IMG/VR virus record: IMGVR_UViG_3300026825_000035 | Location: 1 to 37,803 of that record | Direction: 5' to 3' (one strand) | Length of the DNA stretch: 37,803 nt | Origin: a virus | Lineage: Duplodnaviria; Caudoviricetes | Part shown: positions 9,643-17,961 of the stretch, piece by piece | Position numbering within the stretch: the stretch's first letter is position 1 | How the letters are laid out: each line of letters starts with the position of its first letter | Notes under the pieces: model-generated | What the model was told of the DNA's origin: nothing | Database searches by the model: none | Seen by the model: the letters and a program-made list of their open reading frames with translations, nothing else | Made by a program: the position numbers and the translations under genes

Positions 9643-12084
9643 TCACATGCCGCGTCGCCCGAGCGACACGGCGCGGGCGATGTCGCTCGCGACCTGGGTC
9701 CGCGACTGCCGGAAGCTCTCGGCGTCGCGGGCCATGATCGTGACATTGACGGTCGAGGCGCCCGCCTGGCCGTAACTGCCCGCCTCGCGCCGGGAGAGAA
9801 CCCGCTCCCCGCGTTGCAGGATCGCGGGCACCTCGTCGGGGCGCAGCCCGGCCCAGCCCCCGTTGTGCATGCGCGGGGCATTGGCGAAGGGGAGCGCCGG
9901 GACCATCCGGCCGGGGCCGGCCATGCCCACCGTGCCGCCTGCGTGCAGGATGTTCGCGAAAATCCCGCCCGCGCCGCCCAGCACGCCGGAAAGGGCGTTT
10001 GCGATGGGGCCAAGGATGAAGCGCCGGGCGGCGAGCTTCGCGAGATCGGCGATCATCGAGGTGACCAGATCTCGGAAGTCGAGCTTGCCGGTCTTCACGA
10101 AGTCGCCGATGGCATTCTCGGCGCTCTGGAACGCGCCCACGAGGGCGCTGCCGATGTCCCCGCCGATGTCGCGCGCCTTGGCGGCGTAATCGGCGAGTGC
10201 TGCCGTGACGGCTTGCCAGCCGGTCAGCGCCTGTTCCGCTCCGGCGGCCGTGTCGGACCCTGCCTGCCGCCCGGCCGCACCGGCGCGACCTGCGGCCCCG
10301 CCGGTCTCGTCCAGTTCGTCGCCCAATGCTCCGGCCGCAGCAGCGGCGTCCGCCAGAGCGGTCTCGGCGTCGGCCCCCGTGCGGGAGACGGCATCCTTCA
10401 GCGCCTGCCAGCTGGCGAGCGGCCGACCGGCGGCGTCAGCGAGCATCCCGGCCGCCTCGCGATAGCCCTCGGCCCGGGCGCGTGCGTCCTCGGCCATGGT
10501 GCCGAGACCGAGATCGGGCGGTTCGAGATAGGTCCGCGACAGCGCTGCCGAGAAGGCATCCGCGGCGGCAGCACTTGCGGCCGTTGCCGCGCCTTCGAAG
10601 GGATTGCCGATGCGCCCCAATTCCACCGGGTCGAGGGTGCCGATCCGCACGCCGCCTTCGCCGGTCGCCCATTCGGGGAGCAGCGCGAGGGCGGCGTTCA
10701 GGGTCTCGATGAAGCTGTTGATGCGCGTCACGACGCCGTTCAGCATCGCCTCGACGCCCGAGATCAGCCCGTTCGCGGCCTGGAAGGCGAAGTCGCCGAT
10801 GGCGCCGGGCAGGCTGCCCCAGATCGCCACTGCTGCATCATAGGCCCCCTGGAAGATCGCCGCCGTCCGGTCGCCGAAGCCGACGACGCCCGCGATGGTG
10901 CCCTCGAAAGCCGAGAGACCCGCCGCCTTCAGCCCTTCCCATCCGGCCGCCATGCGGGCCAGCGCGGCGTCGAGCGCGAGCCCGATCCGCGACCAGACCT
11001 CGCGGGCCAGATCGCCCAGCAGCCGGAACGCCTCGCCCACACCGCCGACCCGGGCGACGAGTTGCGAGAACTGATAGATCAGCTCGCCCGCGCCGACGAT
11101 CAGGGCTCCGATGCCGGTGCGGATCAGGGCGCCCCGCAGAAACACGAGCGCCGTCGCGAGGCCGCGCACCGACAGGGCTGCGGCAGCCATTCCCGCCACC
11201 CAGCGCCCAGCCATGACGGCCGCAAAGGTCGCGGCATAGGTGGCCAGCCGCCCGAGGTTGTCGAAGAGCGCCGTGATCGCCTGACCGATGGGGCCCGTCG
11301 CCCGCGCCATGTCGGCGAGTTTTGTGGCGATGGTTTCCAGCGCCGGGGCGACGGCCACGGTCAGCCGGTTCACGAGGCCGGTCCAGATCAGGCCGAGGCG
11401 CGCGATGGCGTCGCCCGTCCGCTCGATCTGGGCGGCATCCGCCGCGCTGACCGCCACCCCGAAGTCCTGCACGTCGCGGGCGGCATCGCGCAGCGTGGCG
11501 CTGTCGATCCGCAGGAACGCGAGCGCAGCCCGGTCGCCGAAGAGGTCGGAAGCCACGGCCGCACGTTCCGCCTCGGGCACGAAGCGGTTCAGCGCGTCCT
11601 GAATGGCGACGATCCGCTGGTCGAGCGGCAAGGCTTGCAGTTCCGCCGCCGTCAGGTTCAGCCGCCGCAGCGCACCGACGGCCGCGCCCGAGCCGCTGGC
11701 GGCCTCCGACAGGCGCGTCGTCAGCTTCTTCGTCGCCTGCTCGATCTCGCCCATCGAGACGCCCGCCAACTCCCCGGCTTGAGCCAGGGTCTGGATGCTC
11801 TAGACACTCGTGCGCATCGACTGCGCGAGCTTGGCCTGCGCATCGATGTTCGCAAGCCCCGAGCGGACCATGGCCACCCCGGCCGCCGCAGCCGCCGCAG
11901 CGACCGCCGCCAGCGCGATCCCCGCCCGGCGCGCGAAGCTCGCGAGGCGCGTGTTGGCCAGTTCCATCTCGGTGGACAGGCGGCCGAACCCGCGCGAGCC
12001 GGCCTCACCGATGCCTTCCAGTTCGGCACGGACCTGGCGGCCGCCGACCGCGGCGAGGCGGACGGAGACGCGTTTCTCGGCCAT
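9643..12084 (-). pseudogene. Tail tape measure protein, broken by an in-frame TAG
   Basis: ORFs 11800..12084 and 9643..11769 share one frame (814 codons); MRTSV*SIQTLAQAGELAG with TAG at 11800-11802; Ala-rich helical, C-terminal FVKTGKLDF and PAILQRGE motifs. Confidence 0.88.
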
Positions 12085-12133
12085 TCGGGTTCTCTCGGGA
12101 TGATGTCGGACTCAAGAGCGGCTCACCGCCCCC

Positions 12134-12162
12134 TTGAAATATGTATCATGACGTGATACATG
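12134..12162 (+). promoter_or_regulatory. higBA promoter with palindromic operator
   Basis: TTGAAA (12134-12139), 17 nt, TACATG; inverted repeat ATGTATCA-N5-TGATACAT at 12141-12161; ATG at 12168 has no SD, probably leaderless. Confidence 0.7.
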
Positions 12163-12167
12163 CCCTC

Positions 12168-12449
12168 ATGATCGTCAGCACGAAGGGCAAGCTCGCGGCG
12201 AACGCGGTGGCAGACCGGTTCGGCAAGGGTTTCCCGGCCGACCTGGTCAGGCGGACGCGGGCGATGCTGTCGGCACTCGATGCCGCCGTGGTCCTCGAGG
12301 ATCTCCGGTTTCCACCGGGCAATCACCTCGAGGAACTGAAGGGCGACCGCGCTGGGCAGCATTCGGTGCGTATCAACGGCCAGTGGCGCATCTGCTTCGT
12401 GTGGACCGATCAGGGACCGGCCGATGTCGAGATCGTCGACTACCATTGA
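12168..12449 (+). CDS. higB: HigB (RelE/ParE superfamily, plasmid killer type) toxin
   Basis: DLRFPPGNHLEELKGDRAGQHSVRINGQWRICF...EIVDYH signature; toxin-first order. Confidence 0.92.
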   Translation: MIVSTKGKLAANAVADRFGKGFPADLVRRTRAMLSALDAAVVLEDLRFPPGNHLEELKGDRAGQHSVRINGQWRICFVWTDQGPADVEIVDYH

Positions 12450-12460
12450 AAGGACGCGAC

Positions 12461-12751
12461 ATGACACTGATGAAGCACCCCTCTCACCCCGGCGAGGTCC
12501 TCTCGGAACTCTACCTCGGGCCGCTCGGCCTGAGCCCGATCGCGCTCGCCAAGCGTCTTCACGTTCCCCGCACGCGGATCGAGCGCCTGGTGAAGGGTGA
12601 AACCGCGCTCACCGTGGACACTGCAATCCGGCTCGCGACGTTCTTCCGCACGACCCCGGAATACTGGATGAACCTGCAGCGGGCCTGGGATCTCGCCCGG
12701 GCGCGCGACATGATCGACGTCTCAGACATCACGCCCCTCGAGGCCGCCTGA
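12461..12751 (+). CDS. higA: HigA family antitoxin (Xre HTH)
   Basis: HPGEVL...LAKRLHVPRTRIERLVKG...TTPEYWMNLQ; SD AAGGA upstream. Confidence 0.92.
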   Translation: MTLMKHPSHPGEVLSELYLGPLGLSPIALAKRLHVPRTRIERLVKGETALTVDTAIRLATFFRTTPEYWMNLQRAWDLARARDMIDVSDITPLEAA

Positions 12752-13401
12752 CTTCATCTGTTCGTTGAGCTTCGCCACCATCGCCGCCTCGATGACGGGC
12801 AGCAGTTCGGCTGCTGCGGCAGCAGGCACCCCGAGAGCTTCGCCAACCGCGAGTGCCGAGGTCAGGTCCCAGCCGACGATGGCGCCGGGGATCACCCGCA
12901 GCTGGCCCCCCAGCCGGCCGACCAGGTCCCAGACCTGCCAGCCCTCATGGGTCAGCGGTCGGTTCAGCCGCGCGGGACATTCCGTGCACGTTTGCGGGCA
13001 CGCTTCGCAGTAGCGATCGCCCCCGCCGAAGTGCCACTCGGCGAGGACGCAGAGGCGTTTTTTTCCTGTTCCAGCAGCAGGCCCTTGGAGACGTAGGTCA
13101 GCTGGAAGGCCTCGAAGATCGGCCAGATGTCCAGAGCCGCGTCGATGGCCTCCGGGCTCGGGTCGATGGGATTGCCGTCCGCGTCGCCGATGCCCTCCCA
13201 GGCAAGCACCGCGCGTCGGGCCAGTGCCTTGGCGAAGGCGACGGCGCGTTCCTCGTCACTCGCATCTTCCGGCACTGCCTCGACAGCCGGATCGCTGCGC
13301 GTCGCCACCATCAGCGCTGTGGTCAGCGGGCGGAGTTGCACCCGGACGCCGGGGGCGAGGGCGTGCCAGCGCGGCGCGTTCGTCAGGTCGAGCGTGAGCA
13401 T
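12722..13401 (-). CDS. Tail assembly chaperone, long (GT-like) form via -1 frameshift
   Basis: Slippery A-AAA-AAC at 13063-13057; -1 frame open to TGA at 12724-12722, encoding RLCVLAEWHFGGGDRYCEACPQTCTECPARL... Confidence 0.7.
12964..13401 (-). CDS. Tail assembly chaperone, short (G-like) form
   Basis: MLTLDLTNAPRW... between tail tube and tape measure; start at 13401 because the longer ORF call runs into the IS110. Confidence 0.8.
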   Translation of the reverse strand: MLTLDLTNAPRWHALAPGVRVQLRPLTTALMVATRSDPAVEAVPEDASDEERAVAFAKALARRAVLAWEGIGDADGNPIDPSPEAIDAALDIWPIFEAFQLTYVSKGLLLEQEKNASASSPSGTSAGAIATAKRARKRARNVPRG

Positions 13402-13419
13402 TGTCTTATGAATCTCCTC

Positions 13420-13604
13420 GGTTCTCGGGATACTCGGGAGCCATGGCCCGCCACGCCATTTATGGCGGGCCATGGCGGCGGTCGGATCGTGTCAGCAAAG
13501 GTCAGCGGGACCGGTATTGAGTGGGATCGGCCGCCGTCTTCACCCAGGGCCTGAACGGATACGCGTGCTTGCGTCACGCATGACAAGGATAGGACACGGC
13601 GAAG
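13420..13604 (+). ncRNA. IS110 bridge RNA (5' hairpin, target-binding loop, donor-binding loop); ends approximate
   Basis: 14-bp perfect hairpin 13440-13476; GTCAGCA (13491-13497) and GTATTGA (13514-13520) flank a GGTC/GACC stem; ACGGATAC (13555-13562) and GACAAG (13582-13587) flank a GCGTG/CACGC stem. Confidence 0.8.
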
Positions 13605-14547
13605 ATGACGGAGCACACGATCGGGATCGACATTTCCAAATCCCACCTCGATGCATTCGATCTGGAGGGGAATGAGGCGAGGCAGTTCGAGAATTCGGCA
13701 CAGGGCGTGCGCGCCCTGCAGAAATGGCTCGCCCCACTGGACGTGACGCGCCTCGTGTACGAGGCGACAGGGCCTTATCATCGTCGCCTGGAGACGGCTC
13801 TCTCGGGCAAGTTCCCGCTCGTGAAGGTCAACCCTCTGCAGGCGCGGCGCTTCGCGCAGGCTGTCGGAACGCATGCCAAGACAGATGCGGTGGACGCCCG
13901 CTGTCTGGCGCGCATGGGGGTCGCGTTGGAGCTGGAGCCCGACGAGCCCGTTTCTGAAAACTTGCGCGATCTTCGTGACTTGCAGACGGCGCGAGCCGCA
14001 CTGATCAAGGAGCGGGGGCGTCTGCGTAAACCGCCGCCTGATCCTGACCAGCGCCCTGCTGAGGCGTCAGACCAACGCACGCCTCGTCCTGGTCGAACGG
14101 CAGATCGGCGAGCTTGACGCCGAGATCGGACGGCGCATCGCCGAGGATACGACGAGCGCACGCAAGCGCGACATCCTGAGCTCGATCCCCGGCATCGGGC
14201 AGATTGCCGCCGCTGCAATTCTCACATTTCTCCCGGAAATCGGCACGCTCGGGCGAAAGCAGGCTGGAAGCCTGGCCGGGCTGGTTCCTCACAACAGGGA
14301 GTCAGGCCAATGGAAGGGCAAGTCCTTCATCAGCGGCGGACGAAAGCCGCTGCGCGACGCGCTCTACATGCCCGCTCTGGTCGCCATGCGGTTCAACCCG
14401 GATCTCAAGGCCAAGTATCAGCAACTGCGCGAAGCCGGAAAGCCCGCGAAAATCGCACTCGTCGCGCTCATGCGGAAGCTGATCGAGATCGCGAATGCCC
14501 TGGTCAAGGCCGACCGCCTGTGGGCGGAAAAACCCGCTTGCGCATGA
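13605..14547 (+). pseudogene. IS110 family transposase/recombinase with +1 frameshift
   Basis: DEDD residues GIDISK, YEATG, KTDAVDA; extra A at 14028-14030; corrected frame gives SIPGIG...RESGQWKG...ALMRKL to TGA 14547 (313 aa). Confidence 0.9.
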
Positions 14548-14554
14548 CGGATAC

Positions 14555-15508
14555 TCAATACGTCTCCACATCGTTCACGAGGGTTGCCGTGCACATCCGT
14601 CCGACGACACTGTCGCGAGCGGCCTGCCAGTCGAAGGTCGCCTGCACCCCCTGCGGCCCGGAGATCTCGATGCGCGGGCGCGGCAGGTAGACGGCATGCA
14701 CGGTGAAGGTGAAGCTCTCGCCGGAAGGCAGGCTGTAGGAGAACTCCATCTCGCAGGCCTCGCCGTTGATCGCCTGCGTCACCAGTGTCTGGTCGGCGAA
14801 GCGCACCTCGATCCGGCCGGTCAGCGCCGCGATGGACGGGTCCGCGCCGTCAATGCGGCCATCGCTCCGGATGGTCTCGATCCGGTCGAGGTTGTTGGCA
14901 TAGGTGATCTCGGCCGAGACCACGTTGCCGAGTGCCGTGCCATTCCGCGTGATCGCCCCGTTGAAATGCCCGAAGCGCTTCAGCTCCAGCGCGGCGGGTG
15001 GTGAGGCGGGTGCGCCGAACGCGCTGGTGGTCGTGCTGACCGTCTCGCCCTGCGCCACCAGCCGTGCGGTCGCCGTCAGCAGCCCCGAGCGCTGCATCTG
15101 CCAGGTCAACTGATCGAGGACGCAGCCGGAATACATCGCGTAGCGCGGCACCTCGGGCATTCCGGTCTCGATGGAGAGGCTCGGCAGCGTCCAGGCGCCG
15201 GATCGGAACTCGTGCGTCCAGGGGCCGGTGCCAGTCGTCGTCGGTGTCCCGAAGGCCGCCTTCAGCCAGAAGCCGAAGGCCTCGGCGTCGAGCGGCACGA
15301 CGACGTCGCCATCGGCCGTCACCGCGTCCTTGATCGGCGCCAGCGGATCGCGGCCGTAGCCCAGCAGTTCCGAGTTCAGCAGCGGCTGCTCGGCGCCGAG
15401 CGTGGTGCTGGCAAACGGCATCTTCGTGAAGCCGCTCGCGGGCGGCGTGCCATAGACGGTCTCGAACGCAAGCGCCATTTGCGCCCGCGCCCCTTGCGCG
15501 CGTGCCAT
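14555..15508 (-). CDS. Phage tail tube protein
   Basis: MARAQGARAQMALAFET family N-terminus, beta-rich, SD AGGAG, canonical position. Confidence 0.85.
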   Translation of the reverse strand: MARAQGARAQMALAFETVYGTPPASGFTKMPFASTTLGAEQPLLNSELLGYGRDPLAPIKDAVTADGDVVVPLDAEAFGFWLKAAFGTPTTTGTGPWTHEFRSGAWTLPSLSIETGMPEVPRYAMYSGCVLDQLTWQMQRSGLLTATARLVAQGETVSTTTSAFGAPASPPAALELKRFGHFNGAITRNGTALGNVVSAEITYANNLDRIETIRSDGRIDGADPSIAALTGRIEVRFADQTLVTQAINGEACEMEFSYSLPSGESFTFTVHAVYLPRPRIEISGPQGVQATFDWQAARDSVVGRMCTATLVNDVETY

Positions 15509-15532
15509 GGTGATCTCCTGTTGTCGGTTGGG

Positions 15533-15952
15533 TCAGCCCAGCGGGTCGGCCGTGGTGTAGTGCAGGATGACCGGGATCACGGCCCCCTTCAGACTGGCCG
15601 CGCCCTCCACGGCCAGATCGACCGACCTCGGCGCTTCCGGCTCGACCCAGTCGCAGAGCCCGCCCAGCGTACGGTCGGCGGCGAGTGCCGTGCCGATACT
15701 GGCAAGCAGCGCGTCGAAGGTCGCGTCACGGTCGGCGCCTTGGACCACCGCCTCGATCTCGGCGCGGTGCTGGTAGTGGTAGCGAAGCGGTGACAGGGTG
15801 ACCTCGGGCTCCCCAGGTTCACCGTCGCGCAGGATCAGCAGCCCCCCGGCTGGCACGCGCTCTGGCAGCACCTCACCGCGGAGCGCGGTTGCGGGCAGCG
15901 CCGAGAGCCGCGCGTGCAGCGCGGTCAGGATGGTTTCGCGGGGGGTGGGCAT
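15533..15952 (-). CDS. Putative tail terminator/completion protein
   Basis: MPTPRETIL...ADRTLGGLCDW conserved phage protein directly upstream of the tail tube. Confidence 0.65.
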   Translation of the reverse strand: MPTPRETILTALHARLSALPATALRGEVLPERVPAGGLLILRDGEPGEPEVTLSPLRYHYQHRAEIEAVVQGADRDATFDALLASIGTALAADRTLGGLCDWVEPEAPRSVDLAVEGAASLKGAVIPVILHYTTADPLG

Positions 15953-15976
15953 GTCCAGACGCTCCGCGGATCGTCA

Positions 15977-16017
15977 TTGCAAGATTAGTGCCTCAAGGCT
16001 ATATAGCCTGCAGGACA
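15977..16017 (+). promoter_or_regulatory. Promoter/operator of the second TA operon
   Basis: TTGCAA (15977-15982), 17 nt, TATATA (16000-16005); perfect palindrome AGGCTATATAGCCT at 15996-16009. Confidence 0.65.
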
Positions 16018-16027
16018 TGAGAACCGG

Positions 16028-16381
16028 ATGCCGTGGACCGTTTCGTTCGCAGAGGAGTTCGAGCCGGAGTTCGACGAACTCCCGCAGGATGTGCAGGACG
16101 CGATCCTCGCGCGCGCGCTCCTGCTGGAACGCGAGGGGCCATCGCTCGGTCGACCGCATGCCGATACCCTGACAGGGTCGAAGCACGCGAACATGAAGGA
16201 ATTGCGCTGCAACGCCGCCGATGGCGTATGGCGCATCGCCTTCGCATTCGATCCCGACCGGCAGGCGATCCTGCTCGTCGGCGGGGACAAGTCGGGGGTG
16301 AGCGAGAAGCGCTTCTACAAGCAGCTGATCGCCCGGGCCGATGAGCGGTTCGACCGTCATCTGGCCAATCGGAAAGGATGA
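16028..16381 (+). CDS. RelE/ParE-family (Gp49-like) toxin
   Basis: GPSLGRPHADTLTGSKHANMKELR...WRIAFAFDPDRQAILLVGGDKSG signature. Confidence 0.9.
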   Translation: MPWTVSFAEEFEPEFDELPQDVQDAILARALLLEREGPSLGRPHADTLTGSKHANMKELRCNAADGVWRIAFAFDPDRQAILLVGGDKSGVSEKRFYKQLIARADERFDRHLANRKG

Positions 16382-16386
16382 GGACC

Positions 16387-16761
16387 ATGGCACGGACCCT
16401 GAAGGACAAGCTGGCCACGCTCGATGCGGCCCGTCGCGCGGGAATCGAGGCCGAGACCGACCGGCTCCATACCGAATACCTGACGCTGCAGGAACTGCGG
16501 AAGGCCAAGGAGATGACGCAGGTCCAGCTGGCCGAAGCCCTCGGCATCCGGCAGACGACGGTGGCGAAATACGAGCGGCAGAGCGATCTGCTGCTCTCGA
16601 CCCTGTCGAGCTATGTGCGCGCGATGGGCGGCTCGCTCAAGCTGATGGTCGAATTCCCCGGCAAGGCCCCTGTCGCCCTCGAGGGTCTCGGAGACACGGA
16701 GGAACCCCGTCGTCGGCGCCGCAGCGGTCGCGGCGACGGCCCTGCCGAGGCTCGCGCCTGA
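16387..16761 (+). CDS. Xre-family HTH antitoxin
   Basis: LQELRKAKEMTQVQLAEALGIRQTTVAKYE...LSTLSSYVRAMGGSL; follows the toxin (alternative start 16378). Confidence 0.9.
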   Translation: MARTLKDKLATLDAARRAGIEAETDRLHTEYLTLQELRKAKEMTQVQLAEALGIRQTTVAKYERQSDLLLSTLSSYVRAMGGSLKLMVEFPGKAPVALEGLGDTEEPRRRRRSGRGDGPAEARA

Positions 16762-16785
16762 CCGTCCAGCCCTTGGGTCTTCGAC

Positions 16786-17004
16786 ATGCGCAAGACTTCA
16801 CCAATTCCGACCAGCACTCTGACCTGTCCGCATTGCGGTCGCTCGGAAACCGAAACCATGCCGACCGATGCCTGCCAGTGGTTCTACGCGTGCAAGTCCT
16901 GCGGAACCGTGCTGAAACCGAAGCCCGGAGACTGCTGCGTCTATTGCTCCTACGGCACTGTCCCCTGTCCGCCGGTCCAGCAGGGCGACCAATGCTGCGG
17001 CTGA
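16786..17004 (+). CDS. GDCCVxC-domain Cys-rich protein
   Basis: CPHC..MPTDAC..CKSC..LKPKPGDCCVYCSYG.PCPP..CC; 11 Cys in 72 aa. Confidence 0.85.
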   Translation: MRKTSPIPTSTLTCPHCGRSETETMPTDACQWFYACKSCGTVLKPKPGDCCVYCSYGTVPCPPVQQGDQCCG

Positions 17005-17014
17005 GGACCGCGTC

Positions 17015-17644
17015 CTAAAGTTTTCCCTCCACCCAGTTCGCCACGATCAGCCCCGGCACGCCGTCCAGTGCCCTGTCCGCGTCCCGCGCAAGGTCCAGCC
17101 GCTTCGGCAGCTTGACCTGCGGCACCAGCAGGAAGATCGGCACCGTCGTACGCCCGCGCCCGGTCCTGGAGCGTGACGCAACGCCGAGCCCACGGCTGTT
17201 CAGCCGCCCTTCCGCCACCAGAAGGCTCGGGCCGGTGCGGCGGTAGATGAAGCGCAGCCGCAGGCCGCGTCGGCGCTCCCATTCGCCGGGAGTGATCTTG
17301 CCGCCGCGCAGGCCCCGTCCGGCGGCCTCGGTCGGGATCGCCAGCCAGAACCCGTCCTTCGAGCGGATGAGAGGCCCGGTGTCGTGGGCGCCGACGATGA
17401 CCGGGGCCTTGGACCACACCAGCGCCGCGGCGTTAAGGCTCTCGCCTGCCTTTGGATAGGTCTGGCTCCGGATCGAGTTGGCGAGCCGTCGGCCGAGCCC
17501 CGCGCCGGTGATCTGCCCGCGCCAGGCGGTCTTGAGCCCGGTCCCGGCTTCGCCCATGGCGGCGGTGACGGCCTTCTCGCCCGCCTTGACCTCCGCCGCC
17601 ATGGCGGCGACGAGATCGGGCGTGATGTCGAGCTTCAGCTTCAT
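17015..17644 (-). CDS. DUF6441-like phage neck/tail completion protein
   Basis: Basic protein with LVPQVKLPKRLDL motif between head-tail joining and tail terminator genes. Confidence 0.7.
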   Translation of the reverse strand: MKLKLDITPDLVAAMAAEVKAGEKAVTAAMGEAGTGLKTAWRGQITGAGLGRRLANSIRSQTYPKAGESLNAAALVWSKAPVIVGAHDTGPLIRSKDGFWLAIPTEAAGRGLRGGKITPGEWERRRGLRLRFIYRRTGPSLLVAEGRLNSRGLGVASRSRTGRGRTTVPIFLLVPQVKLPKRLDLARDADRALDGVPGLIVANWVEGKL

Positions 17645-17649
17645 TGCGG

Positions 17650-17961
17650 TCAGGCTGGGCGCAGGTCCACGGTCCAGACGAGCCGCTCGCGGTCGCGAAC
17701 GGGTTCGCTCTGGATCATAAAGGCCTCGCCGTCGATCTCGATGCGGTCGCCGGGGCGCGGGTTCGCCACCTCGGCCACGCGCAGATCGAGACGGGTGGTC
17801 TCGGACCAGATGTGCGCCTCGCCGAAGCCGGTGACGTCGTCCTGCCGGCGCAGGATCGCGCGCACCAGCGACGGCGCGCCACCCTCGGCGGTATAGACCA
17901 CGTCCTGTGCCAGATGCGCGTCCGCGAAGACCTCGTCGAGGGCGGCGGCGAAGGCGGTCAT
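17650..17961 (-). CDS. Head-tail joining protein
   Basis: MTAFAAALD...PRPGDRIEIDG; ATG overlaps the capsid TGA. Confidence 0.75.
   Translation of the reverse strand: MTAFAAALDEVFADAHLAQDVVYTAEGGAPSLVRAILRRQDDVTGFGEAHIWSETTRLDLRVAEVANPRPGDRIEIDGEAFMIQSEPVRDRERLVWTVDLRPA

Larger units (their letters stand above)
13402..14555 (+). mobile_element. IS110-family insertion sequence (bridge recombinase type), transposase frameshifted
   Basis: Removing 13402-14555 restores GAGCAT-CAATAC, the TGATG stop/start overlap on the minus strand; both ends match guides in the left non-coding end; no terminal inverted repeats. Confidence 0.85.

Noticed and set aside
1-12084. Gene transfer agent cluster
   Set aside because: Only the tail tip is RcGTA-like; the head is lambda-type and the element has its own replication genes and origin
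13428-14556. GGATACTC direct repeat (13428-13435, 14549-14556) as IS target-site duplication
   Set aside because: IS110 elements do not make such duplications; the 13402/14555 boundaries explain all four guides, the junction promoter and the restored TGATG overlap
15533-15952. Metabolic 'acyl-CoA transferase' label that I recall being attached to this family
   Set aside because: Size, lack of enzyme motifs and position before the tail tube indicate a structural protein
17002-17060. Selenocysteine read-through of the GDCCVxC TGA
   Set aside because: The TGA follows the natural CCG end, all motif positions are Cys, I see no convincing SECIS, and read-through would run into a convergent gene
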